A stretch of DNA of 64,000 bases from Fimbriosthenelais zetlandica (taxonomy: Eukaryota), in contig OZ365113.1 in the NCBI GenBank assembly GCA_977030845.1, positions 16,864,001 to 16,928,000 on the forward strand. Reading direction: 5' to 3'. The notes under the pieces were generated by a model. It did not search any database. It saw nothing but the letters and a program-made list of their open reading frames with translations, and was not told the origin of the DNA. Position numbers and translations under genes: made by a program. Of the stretch, positions 1 to 10,870 are shown in pieces (position 1 is the first letter of the stretch; the number at the start of each line of letters is the position of its first letter).

Positions 1-36
1 AAATAATTAAGTAGCGAGCAGAAAAATGGTTGATTA

Positions 37-101
37 GACTGGGAATCGAACCCCGGTCCCTCCCGTTCCAGGCCAGTGTCTTACATCTAGACTACATTGG
101 G
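37..101 (-). pseudogene. tRNA-Asp-derived tRNA-like module (subtype a)
   Basis: Reverse complement reads TAGTCTAGATGTAAGAC...CGGGGTTCGATTCCCAG. A-box, B-box and D-stem GTCT/AGAC are present, but the acceptor stem does not pair. A T5 run follows on the minus strand (aaaaa at 22-26). Confidence 0.7.
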
Positions 102-184
102 CGCAGGTCTGACCCAATACATCCCCTCAAATTTAGTCTGAACTGCCGAGGACTAGGCTGAATCAAAATTTATATAATTGTTTT

Positions 185-218
<34 letters not shown>

Positions 219-450
219 ACTCCCCTCCCCTACCCTCCACCCCAATCCCCGTTAACTCCCTGCAAATACACCAGCCCGATTTGAAACGGCTAACATGTCA
301 AAATCCATTAGAATAGCCCACTGTGTAGCTACTGTCCATAGGCGCCAATGTTAAAAATTATTTAGCCCCCCGGACCCCTCCCCGGCCCCCAACCTCCACC
401 CCAACCCCTATGTCTACCCCCAGTACCCACCCCAACACCCTCCCAAAATC

Positions 451-510
451 GAATCGAACCCCGGTATCTCGCCTTCCAGGCCAGTGTCTTACCTCTAGAC
501 TACCGGGACC
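451..510 (-). pseudogene. tRNA-Asp-derived tRNA-like module (subtype b), truncated in the T arm
   Basis: Essentially the exact reverse complement of 5347-5405. Confidence 0.7.
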
Positions 511-1514
511 AGACGCCAATGTACGACACGTCCTCAAATTTAACCTGAACCACCCAGGACAAGGCTAAATCACAAATTTTATAATTATTTTGCCCCCCGA
601 CCCCTCCCTGGCCCCCAACGTCCACCCCCACCCTCATGTCTAGCTCCAATACTCCCACCAACTCCCTACCCAGCCCGATTTGAAACGGCTAACCTCTCAA
701 AATCCATTGGAATAACCCACTGTGTAGGTACTGCCCATAGGCTCCAATGTTAAAAATTATTTAGCCCCCCGGACCCCTCCCCGGCCCCCAACCTCCACCC
801 CAACCTCCATGTCTACCCCCAGTACCCACCCCAACACCCTCCCAAAAATTCAGCCTGATCCATTGATTCTAACCTGTCTAAATTCCCTGTTTTCCGCAAA
901 AGTGCACGCTCCATAGGCGCAATGTTAAAATTAACTCACGATTACAGGAATGTGTGCCACAGAGCCGGTTTGCCAGTCCACTCCAATCGGCTCTTTCCAT
1001 ACTTTATATGTGTTATTTTCACTCAAAACCACGGTTACGTATGACTTATGACCTCTACTGATAAATATCAAAAGAGCAGAGACGTAAAACGAGGATAATA
1101 CCGATTTTTGCGAAGTTGACAAATCGGCCGAACGTATACCGGCCTATAATTTGGCCTTTTAAAAACCTTAACAGCGCCCTCTCACTAAAAGTCGAAAAAG
1201 TTGAATAACTTTGTAAATAATGGGTCTAAAATTACAATATAAACGGATTATTCTTAGTTGAGAGCACCTCCAGGTATCTATGTGATTTTTGTGCAACTGA
1301 AATTAATTTAAAATTTCGATTTTTGAAAATGGTGCTAATTTGAGGCTTTAGCATTGGACTCTATGGAAGGACAAGCCAGCGCGACTGAGGCGACCCGAAA
1401 GCGGCAGAAAGGGGAACTATTCTACTATGATCTACCCAACGCACCGAGAAAGGAGTAGAGAGCTTTGGCGAGATCATAATAACCTACTGTAGTTCACCGT
1501 TTCGCCGCTGTATG

Positions 1515-1720
1515 TCACAAGGCCTATACCCGGACTTGGCGTTCTTTAACTATTTCCCATAAATATCACAAGGCCTATATACCCTTGCTAGGCGCTCCTT
1601 CACTATTTCCCACAGGTCTATATATCACAAGGCCTATATACCCTTTCTAGGCGTTCCCTCACTATTTCCCATAAATATCACAAGGCCTATACCCTTGCTG
1701 GGCGTTCCTTCACTTTCATT
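1515..1720 (+). repeat. ~51-59-bp minisatellite, 4 copies, in the core of unit 1
   Basis: Units start tcacaaggcctata at 1515, 1566, 1625 and 1678. Approximate consensus: tcacaaggcctatatacccttgctaggcgttccttcactatttcccataaata. Confidence 0.9.
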
Positions 1721-2749
1721 CAGACTATGCTGGCTGTAGCCTATATGACAAGCCTCGTCCTCCCAGCGAATAGCCTCACCGGGACTGGTACTCCGTCTTT
1801 GCTGGCTGGCCCATAGTAGTTCACGTTTACGCCGTTCTCGGGTCGCCACTGGCGCTCAGGCGCCTCCTTCCATTGACTCCAATGCTAATTGAAGAAATTC
1901 AGTCCATTTTGAAAATCTAAAATTTTAAATGAAATTTATCGGAACAAAAACCATATAGATATCTGAAGGGTCTCCCAACTAAGAATAATCCGTTTGAATT
2001 GTAATTTTAGACCAATTAATTACGAAGTTATTCAACTTTTTCGACTTTTAGTGAGAGGGCGCTGTTAAGGTTTTTAAAAGGCCAAATTATAGGCCGGTAT
2101 ACGTTCGGCCGATTTGTCAACTTCGCAAAAATCGGTATTATCCTCGTTTTACGTCTCTGCTCTTTTGATATTTATCAGTAGAGGTCACAAGTCATACATA
2201 ACCGTGGTTTGGGTGAAAATAACACATATAAAGTATTGAATGAGCCGATTGGAGTGGACTGGCAAACCGGCTCTGTGGCACACATTCCTGTAATCGTGAG
2301 TGATTTTTAACATTGCGCCTATGGAGCGTGCACTTTTGCAGAAAACGAGGAATTTAGACAGGTTAGAAGCAATGGATCAGGCTGAATTTTTGGGAGGGTG
2401 TTGGGGTGGGTACTGGGGGTAGACATGGAGGTTGGGGTGGAGGTTGGGGGCCGGGGACGGGGTCCGGGGGGCTAAATAATGTTTAACATTGGCGCCTATG
2501 GGCAGATGAGTACCTACACAGTAGTGGGTTATTCCAATGGATTTTGAGAGGTTAGCCGTTTCAAATCGGACTGGGTAGGGAGTTGGTGGGAGTACTGGGG
2601 GTAGATATGATAGTGGGGGGGGGGGGGGGGGGGGTGTGGACGTTGGGGGCTAGGGAGGGGGAGGGGGCAAAATAATTATAAAATTTGTGAATTAGCCTTG
2701 TCCTTGGTGGTTCAGGTTAAATTTGAGGACGTGTAGTACAGAGGCGTCT

Positions 2750-2815
2750 GGTCCCGGTAGTCTAGAGGTAAGACACTGGCCTGGAACGCGAGAGACCGGG
2801 GTTCGAATCCCCGTC
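2750..2815 (+). pseudogene. tRNA-Asp-derived tRNA-like module (subtype b)
   Basis: GTCCCGG TA GTCT AGAGGTA AGAC A CTGGC CTGGAAC GCGAG AGAC CGGGG TTCGAAT CCCCG TC. The 3' half closely matches metazoan tRNA-Asp(GTC) (GCCTGTCACGCGGGAGACCGGGGTTCGATTCCCCG). The anticodon position reads GGA and the acceptor stem is broken. T6 run at 2831-2836. Confidence 0.75.
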
Positions 2816-3032
2816 TTCTAAAAATTTAACTTTTTTCCATTTTAATACGCCATAAGAATCCATTTTGACTACTATTTTCCCCTGATACTGCCTTCTTTGT
2901 GGCAAAACATAACAGTGTCAGTGTCTTACCTCTAAACTACCTGGCAGACACGTTACTACACCACACCCTCGGCAAAACAATACTGCCAAGCCGATCAAAT
3001 AATTAAGTAGCGAGCAGAAAAAAGGCTGATTA

Positions 3033-3097
3033 GACTGGGAATCGAATCCCGGTCCCCCGCGTTCTAGGACAGTGTCTTTCATCTAGACTACATTGCG
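3033..3097 (-). pseudogene. tRNA-Asp-derived tRNA-like module (subtype a, more degraded)
   Basis: Copy of 37-101 with several substitutions. A6 run at 3018-3023 gives a T6 on the minus strand. Confidence 0.65.
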
Positions 3098-4090
3098 CAC
3101 AGGTCTGACCCAATACATCCCCTCAAATTTAGCCTGAACTGCCGAGGACTAGGCTGAATCAAAATTTATATAATTGTTTACCCCCCCCCCCCCCCGTCCC
3201 CTACCCTACCCTCCACCCCAATCCCCGTTAACTCCCTCCAAATACACCAGCCCGATTTGAAACGGCTAACATGTCAAAATCCATTGGAACAGCCCACTGT
3301 GTAGCTACTGTCCATAGGCGCCAATGTTAAAAATTATTTAGCCCCCCGGACCCCTCCCCGGCCCCCAACCTCCACCCCAACCCCATGTCTACCCCCAGTA
3401 CCCACCCCAACACCCTCCCAAAAATTCAGCCTGATCCATTGCTTCTAACCTGTCTAAATTCCCTGTTTTCCGCAAAAGTGCACGCTCCATAGGCGCAATG
3501 TTAAAATTAACTCACGATTACAGGAATGTGTGCCACAGAGCCGGTTTGCCAGTCTACTCCAATCGGCTCTTTCCATACTTTATATGTGTTATTTTCACTC
3601 AAAACCACGGTTATGTATGACGTATGACCTCTACTGATAAATATCAAAAGAGCAGAGACGTAAAACGAGGATAATACCGATTGTTGCGAAGTTGACAAAT
3701 CGGCCGAACGTATACCGGCCTATAATTTGGCCTTTTAAAAACCTTAACAGCGCCCTCTCACTAAAAGTCGAAAAAGTTGAATAACTTTGTAAATAATGGG
3801 TCTAAAATTACAATTTAAACGGATTATTCTTAGTTGAGAGCACCTCCAGGTATCTATGTGATTTTTGTGCAACTGAAATTAATTTAAAATTTCGATTTTT
3901 GAAAATGGTGCTAATTTGAGGCTTTAGCATTGGACTCTATGGAAGGACAAGCCAGCGCGACTGAGGCGACCCGAAAGCGGCAGAAAGGGGAACTATTCTA
4001 CTATGATCTACCCAACGCACCGAGAAAGGAGTAGAGAGCTTTGGCGAGATCATAATAACCTACTGTAGTTCACCGTTTCGCCGCTGTATG

Positions 4091-4341
4091 TCACAAGGCC
4101 TATGGCGTTCTTTCACTATTTCCCATAAATATCACAAGGCCTATATAGGCTACCCTTGCTTGGCGTTCCTTTACTATTTCCCACACATATCATAGGCATA
4201 TACCCTTGCTAGGCGCTCCTTCACTATTTCCCATAGGTCTACATATCACAAGGCCTATATACCCTTTCTAGGCGTTCCCTCACTATTTCCCATAAATATC
4301 ACAAGGCCTATACCCTTGCTGGGCGTTCTTTCACTTTCATT
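4091..4341 (+). repeat. ~52-bp minisatellite, ~5 copies, in the core of unit 2
   Basis: Same unit as 1515-1720, starting at about 4091, 4132, 4188, 4246 and 4299. The first copy has an internal deletion. Confidence 0.9.
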
Positions 4342-5346
4342 CAGACTATGCTGGCTGTAGCCTATATGACAAGCCTCGTCCTCCCAGCGAATAGCCTCAC
4401 CGGGACTGGTACTCCGTCTTTGCTGGCTGGCCCATAGTAGTTCACGTTTACGCCGTTCTCGGGTCGCCACTGGCGCTCAGGCGCCTCCTTCCATTGACTC
4501 CAATGCTAATTGAAGAAATTCAGTCCATTTTGAAAATCTAAAATTTTAAATGATATTTATCGGAACAAAAACCATATAGATATCTGAAGGGTCTCCCAAC
4601 TAAGAATAATCCGTTTGAATTGTAATTTTAGACCAATTAATTACGAAGTTATTCAACTTTTTCGACTTTTAGTGAGAGGGCGCTGTTAAGGTTTTTAAAA
4701 GGCCAAATTATAGGTCGGTATACGTTCGGCCGATTTGTCAACTTCGCAAAAATCGGTATTATTCTAGTTTTACGTCTCTGCTCTTTTGATATTTATCAGT
4801 AGAGGTCATACGTCATACATAACCGTGGTTTTGAGTGAAAATAACACATATAAAGTATGGAAAGAGCCGATTGGAGTGGACTGGCAAACCGGCTCTGTGG
4901 CACACATTCCTGTAATCGTGAGTGATTTTTAACATTGCGCCTATGGAGCGTGCACTTTTGCGGAATACCAAGGATTTAGACAGGTTAGAAGCAATGGATC
5001 AGGCTGAATTTTTGGGAGGGTGTTGGGGTGGGTACTGGGGGTAGACATGGAGGTTGGGGTGGAGGTTGGGGGCCGGGGAGGGGTCCGGGGGGCTAAATAA
5101 TTTTTAACATTGGAGCCTATGGGCAGTACCTACACAGTGGGTTATTCCAATGGATTTTGAGAGGTTAGCCGTTTCAAATCGGGCTGGGTAGGGAGTTGGT
5201 GGGAGTATTGGAGCTAGACATGAGGGTGGAGGTGGACGTTGGGGGCCAGGGAGGGGTCGGGGGGCAAAATAATTATAAAATTTGTGATTTAGCCTTGTCC
5301 TGGGTGGTTCAGGTTAAATTTGAGGACGTGTCGTACATTGGCGTCT

Positions 5347-5412
5347 GGTCCCGGTAGTCTAGAGGTAAGACACTGGCCTGGAAGGCGAGATACCGGGGTT
5401 CGATTCCCCGTC
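5347..5412 (+). pseudogene. tRNA-Asp-derived tRNA-like module (subtype b)
   Basis: GGTCCCGGTAGTCTAGAGGTAAGACACTGGCCTGGAAGGCGAGATACCGGGGTTCGATTCCCCGTC. Perfect D-stem and T-stem, unpaired acceptor stem. Confidence 0.75.
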
Positions 5413-5898
5413 TTCTAAAAATATCATTTCGCTGCCCCCCGTATCGTTACACATTCAAACGGCTTAGTAGCATTGGTTTGGGCATTGTTTCTTTTCGTTT
5501 GAGTTGCCGAGGGGTCGTGCAGGCGGTCGTGTATGGAAGCCAAGGCCACGGTGAAGGCTTGGAAGAACAGTGGTTCCCAGAACGATTGTCAACCGGTATA
5601 ATGTACAGTTGTCAATTCGCTGCTTCCTGGGTCGCTACACATTTCTAATACGGCTTAGCTTGTTATTTTCGTTTGAAGAAAACATTCAAGAGGGAAATAC
5701 TAATACTCTTTATTTTTTGTGGGGTTTTTTTTTTTGGGGGGGGGGGGGGGGGGCTGAGGTCGGAAGGGGGTGGCGTGGGGAGGGGCTTAGCCTAACCCAC
5801 GGGGAGGGGGTTCAATCCCACGACCCCTCCTCTGGATCAACCAGTCTCGACAGAGGAACTCCAATAGCCAGGTACAGGGCGCTCTGCGTAGGCTAGAA

Positions 5899-6045
5899 TG
5901 ATCATAACGTTAGTAGCGTAGTTCACCTTTTGACCGCTGCATATCTCGGTCACCTCATTGGTGCTGGCTTGCTCCTTCCATAGAGTCCGATGCTGCTAAA
6001 GACCTCAAATTGACACCATTTCAAAGAATCAAAATTTTTAATTGG
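5899..6045 (-). repeat. Older, diverged fragment of the fold-back inner arm
   Basis: ctccttccatagagtccgatgctgctaaagacctcaaattgacaccatttcaaagaatcaaaatttt is a diverged reverse complement of ~1310-1400. tagttcaccttttgaccgctg resembles 1489-1511. Confidence 0.7.
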
Positions 6046-7221
6046 TCCTCTTTTTTACTTAAATTTTATTCATTACATTTGAAAGGGAATTTAATCAGAT
6101 TTAACCACCATCCAGTGAGAATATCTTTGAAAGATGAACAAGTTACAGTATAGCCTATGTCGAGAAAACTTCCTTGCAGTGGCGTCATTCACGTCATTTT
6201 TAGATTATTAGGCTAACTGTGCCACAATTCACCTTTAAAGGAATAATTGCAATTATACTCAGGAGAAATGCTCATATGTCGGCTAATTGTGTAGTCTGTA
6301 GGTAATATAAATTTCCAGAATGCTCTTTTTCCATCAGTGTATGAAAATTCTCACATTATTTCATATAACATAAAACACCTTCATTCTTCATAATAATATA
6401 TTAAACTCCATTCAAAAATAATTAGAACTCAAGCCATTCGGACTTGTGCCATTACTAAATATATATGCACATTTGATATAGTGTACTCTTCGTTTGGTCT
6501 TATCGCTCTTGCATAATTTACAGGCAAATTATCCACACCTATATTTTTTCACATTCATATCTCTATCAGGTTTTAAAAAAAATTCCTACCAGTGATTTAC
6601 AACCATATACAAAATGTACATGTATGCACGTTGTTTTGGAGGTAAGATTGCAGGTTTCAATCAGATCTCTCAGATATCAAAATTGTCAACAATTTACATT
6701 ATGCCAAAAATATTAGGTTTGCGCGCCTTTACTGTTAAAGATTTTAATTCCAATTATGCATTGCTACGGTTTCCATTCAAAGATCTCCTGTGATCTGGAA
6801 AAACCTAGCAAGTCATTGGCTTAGGCTATATTGGAGATAACTTATAAGTGAGCAATCCTCTCAACGTGAATTAACTCGGAAAAGGTGCATCCACATATAC
6901 TGTCTGTATCGCCGTCCATCCACTCAGCACCTGAAACAAGGAATGAGCGCAGGATAAATAATTTGCTAACAAGTAAGTATACATGTAATAAAGGAGCTTT
7001 TCACTCTAAAATTTTAAACACCATAGTTCATTATTTTGATCAACTTCTACAAGAAATCTTTTGAATCTACAAGATTTTGAAAGTAAAAGTGGTTACATAA
7101 ACCTCCTTTGTGCGGTCAATATCTACCAACGACTTGGTCATCAGACTTCAGAAAACCTGTAAAAGCTATCATTATAAAGAGAATTTAGGAAATCATACCT
7201 GAACATCTAACATCATTCTTT

Positions 7222-7416
7222 TCAGAATCTGTCATCACTTTCTAGATCATCAATAATTTTGTCTAAGTGTTCACGTGTAGTAACGTTGATGAGGGACTCG
7301 CTGTCTTGTGAAGCTATGTTCACACGTCCTAGCACGGGTTGGATGTTCATGTGACGCCATCTTTTAGGAGGCCACACAATGTAGGATGCTCTTGAGTTGA
7401 TGAGACCCATCGCAAC
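7222..7416 (-). CDS. IMMP2L: IMMP2L last coding exon (VAMGLINSRASYIVWPPKRWRH...DDRF*)
   Basis: Acceptor ttttgttttctacag|GTTGCG at 7417 and stop TGA at 7222-7224. The peptide matches the human IMMP2L segment [20 protein letters not shown], and the phase-0 junction is in frame with the preceding exon. Confidence 0.92.
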   Translation of the reverse strand, partial: VAMGLINSRASYIVWPPKRWRHMNIQPVLGRVNIASQDSESLINVTTREHLDKIIDDLESDDRF

Positions 7417-8169
7417 CTGTAGAAAACAAAATATTCTTAGATTTTCTTTCTATATTAAATTTTATAACAAAATATCTATATTTTTTATCCAAAAAGGGGT
7501 GCAGGTGGTGTAAGTCATTATACATAATTTTCCTGACATTTTGGCCTAAATTTCCTGACCATTAATAAATATCCTTCACTTTTCTGACAAGTTTAAACGT
7601 TGTACAAAATCAATAATATACTATCCCCTTAAATTATATATTTTAGAAGACAGGAAGAATGAAAAATATAGCTAATGCCAGATGGGTGACGCAAAATTAT
7701 GACATTTATATAACTGATAAATTACAAGATCCAGGAGGAAACTTGGCAGCTCGTGGTTGAGTTAACAACACGCCAATTAAATAGCCAAGACACAAAATCA
7801 TCATGAAACAAAGACAGGGTTTTAATACTGTAACAAGCAAGTGGTCACGTTTATTGGCCGCGGGTGATGATAAAGCGTGACATAAGCAGGAGGACAGTAA
7901 TGACTTGTAATCCCTACTCATCACTCTCTACTTCTCCATCTACCTCACTCCACACCAACCCTGCTCTGAGGGCCGCCAGAAGCCACGTCTGATAATTGGT
8001 TCAATTATCTAAGAGATCCCAAGTCAAGGGACATCCCATGTACAATTAGCGTGGGACTTAACCCCTAATGCCACTGCCTAATTGGATGGCAGGCTTTCTC
8101 AAGCCAATGCTAGACAGCTCAAGGTGCATTGTAAGTAACTTCTTGAGAGGCGTAGAATTTTTCAATGTA

Positions 8170-9243
8170 CAGTGCTCCCTCCCCATCCGACCACCCCCTC
8201 CAGCCGACCACCCCCTCTAACCGACCATTTTTGCCCGGTCCCGTTTTTTTCCTTATATATTTCAATATAGCTATCCTCCCTTAAACCGACCACCCCCCTA
8301 TTCCGGTTACCGACCACTTTTTTCGGTCCCAAATGGGAAAATCGTTATAAATTTTCCCCCTTTAACCGACCACACTCTGACCTGGACATCAAAGAGGACG
8401 GCTCAACTGTAGTCGGCCGACAGAATGACCATCGGTGGCATGTTGGTTCAGTGGTTAATCTCCCTGTAGATAAACGCACTTAATTACTGTGCTCAAGGTG
8501 GGGACAGGAGAAAAATAATGTGGGATATACACAAACATGTTCTAACTCTTCCCACAACCCCCTCTCCTCCAATCCCACATAATCGTACTATTTTATTGTC
8601 CTACAAGCCAAGTCTCCATGAAAAATATTTTGGTTCAATTTGTGTTAATATCTGCTAAGTTTTGTGTCTATAATTATGACGAGGTTACTTCAAAGAAAAA
8701 AGAGAGAATTGTCTTGTATATAACGTCACATGAATTAGCCCTGGAAATATTCGGAATGAATTTTGTTTGAATAAAAATCTCTACTGTGATTTTAAACACC
8801 AATGGAAAACAATGCGTCGCGGTCAAAGACAATAGGCTAACTCATCCATTGTTGGGGTGGGGAGGGTGGGTAGGGTACCAGGTAGTCCTTCATATAGCCA
8901 CACTAATCCCTCCATTGTCTACTCCGTCGCGCCAGGCGGGGAAATTCAAAGGGGTATAATAATCCTTACTATATATTTAGCTTAACAACCAGATTTGAAT
9001 AATTTTATTCATTTTTGTTCATTTTGTTTTCATGGAATTCTGAACAAATAGATCTGTTTAAATTATTTTCAATATTTTGTGGCTATATATTAATTTCTTT
9101 TGACTGATTTAACTTTCCATAAATTTGGTCGGCATTGATTATTGATGACGACCACGCCCCCATCCCCCCTTAAACCAACCCCCTCCTTTAACCGACCACT
9201 TCAGCTAGGTCCCTTTGGTGGTCGGTATCGGGGGGGAGCACTG
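8170..9243. mobile_element. Non-autonomous Tc1/mariner-superfamily element (MITE), ~1.07 kb
   Basis: TA|cagtgctccctccccatccgaccacc at the left end and ggtggtcggtatcggggggg-agcactg|TA at the right end: ~27-bp imperfect TIRs and a TA duplication (8168-8169, 9244-9245). Subterminal ccgaccac motif is repeated. No transposase ORF. Lies in the last coding intron of IMMP2L. Confidence 0.85.
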
Positions 9244-10270
9244 TAGTTTTTCTTTGGCCATCTTAAATCAGTAGGTTAATCTATTTGAGAACAAAATGTT
9301 GCCAGCTAGTAACATAACCAGTTAGTGACTACTGATCATCATAATTTCGATTCGATTTCATGACTAGCCAATATAGGAAGACATTGTGGATCAAACTATG
9401 CCATAAATGCATCATTTACTATCTTTAAATTGATCCTATCATTGCTGCTCCAGGGGTAAAATAAAAGGGGCAGGCAACACTTGAAGTGAAAAGACAAATA
9501 CCAAAAGGAGGCAGTGAGAAATCATCGTGTTTGGGCCGCCTCAGGTCATGCCTCCCTCCAGACAAAACCTACTTCTGTACTTATTCTAATTTCCCAGCCA
9601 ATTTCCCAGGCTGCACAGCTGTGACAGCTCAGTGTGTTGGGAGCCTCACTGGACCCATCTATCACCCCTCCTCTGTGTGTGCAGGGTTGCTGCAAGTCTT
9701 GCCACAGGGACTTATGTCCAACCCCTTCACTCCCTGGTTAAAAGATAAATCAGAGCTTGAGGCGGTGCATACATGTATAAGAAGGAAGTTAAGATATTTT
9801 GGTGCAAAAGTGAGAGAAATTTAAAGTTTCGCATATGTCTTAATTATTCCTCTGTACAATAGAACTCAATAGCGTCCATTAATGTTTGACATAGTATTAT
9901 TAGTATCTTGGAAAACGGGACACTAGAGCAGAGCGACTCTGACAGAATTTTAGCGTGCACCTCACACTGACTCACATTGTGGGTGGCACTGCTCAGCTTT
10001 CCACAGTAATCAGAACCTAATCAGACTAACGATAACTCAGGGTGGTCAGTGATTCATTACAGAGTGACTTTTGTCTTATTCATGAGAGAAGTTATTGGCT
10101 AGAATTATTATTTTCAAGACGTATGTGTGTATAGGCTATTGGCAAATACAATCTGATAATTTTGCAGCTCATTAACCTTGTGTTGTTTAAACTCAGCTGC
10201 ACTTCAGAAAGCAATACGTTTTTTTTTTTAGAAAGTAGAGCTAATAAAAGCAGAAATAACAGATACTCAC

Positions 10271-10373
10271 AGGACCAAACATATTGCTGTCGAAGCTCTG
10301 TGCGTGATGATCTCCCTCCACCCAACAGTGACCAGCAGGCACTTTAACATAGCGATTTTTATAAGACAGTGTT
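10271..10373 (-). CDS. IMMP2L: IMMP2L internal exon (K)[34 protein letters not shown]
   Basis: Acceptor ctctttttcag| and donor |gtgagt; 103 nt. Matches human [34 protein letters not shown] (S26 peptidase motifs WVEGD and DS). Confidence 0.95.
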
Positions 10374-10805
10374 CTGAAAAAGAGTTAAAAAAATGTCTAG
10401 CATTTGTAGCATTTTAAAGACTTGAAAAGATATTTGGAAAGAATAATTTGAAAATTACAAATCAAAATATTATTTAAACTTTGTTCTAGCCAGTCTATCT
10501 ATTATCTAAGCAACACTTAGTAGTAGGCCTACCCATTTCTCAGAGATTAGTTGTTACTTTCAAAAGCCAATACTTTTTCATGCAGTTATTGTTGCACTAC
10601 TATATAGAAGGAAATTGCCTAGGTTAATCATAAACCTTATAAATAGGGGGCCAATAGCATCTCAAGGGACTCTAACAGCCATTGCCTTGTCATATTTTTT
10701 ATTTCGGAGGTGGTCCTTTAAGCCAGGAGGGCCGACGGTTTCCATGGTAAAGTGGGAATTCATCATATGGAGTAAACCTAGCTAAGACGCTCAATTTCCT
10801 GGATA

Positions 10806-10870
10806 CCAATTGGCTGGATCGCGTCACGTGATGATGGATAGAACAGCTGCAATATCCCGGAAGTGAGAAT
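10806..10870. promoter_or_regulatory. Promoter-like motif cluster inside an IMMP2L intron
   Basis: CCAAT at 10806, GTCACGTGA E-box at 10823 and CCGGAAGTG ETS-type motif at 10857, within 65 bp of locally CpG-rich sequence. Motif evidence only. Confidence 0.3.

Larger units (their letters stand above)
1..2996. mobile_element. Fold-back (long inverted-repeat) unit 1; probably a non-autonomous element or satellite-like unit, left end may be cut by the window edge
   Basis: Left arm ~37-1420 is the reverse complement of right arm ~1815-2815 (e.g. 1141 ggcctataatttggccttttaaaaaccttaacagcgccc vs 2058-2096). The start motif aaataattaagtagcgagcagaaaaa recurs at 2997, giving a period of 2996. The left arm has an extra ~410-bp module (37-447 then 448-847). 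No transposase ORF and no TSD identified. Confidence 0.8.
2997..5420. mobile_element. Fold-back unit 2, tandem copy of unit 1
   Basis: Near-identical to unit 1 but with one terminal module on the left. Left arm ~3033-4000 is inverted relative to right arm ~4435-5412. The core has a different minisatellite copy number. Confidence 0.8.

Noticed and set aside
1385-1410. Hammerhead-ribozyme-like ctgaggc…gaaa (would suggest a Penelope-like element)
   Set aside because: The core reads CTGAGGC, not CTGANGA, and no stem II or stems I/III pair.
1515-1720. CRISPR-like repeat array
   Set aside because: Head-to-tail minisatellite without unique spacers, in eukaryotic DNA with no cas genes.
2750-2815. 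Functional tRNA-Ser(GGA) or tRNA-Asp gene
   Set aside because: The acceptor stem cannot pair and the anticodon stem has a mismatch, so it is listed as tRNA-like only.
931-4470. Duplicated ORFs MSTSQ… and MATRERR…
   Set aside because: Short, non-ATG-initiated frames duplicated only because the repeat is duplicated; no recognisable domain.
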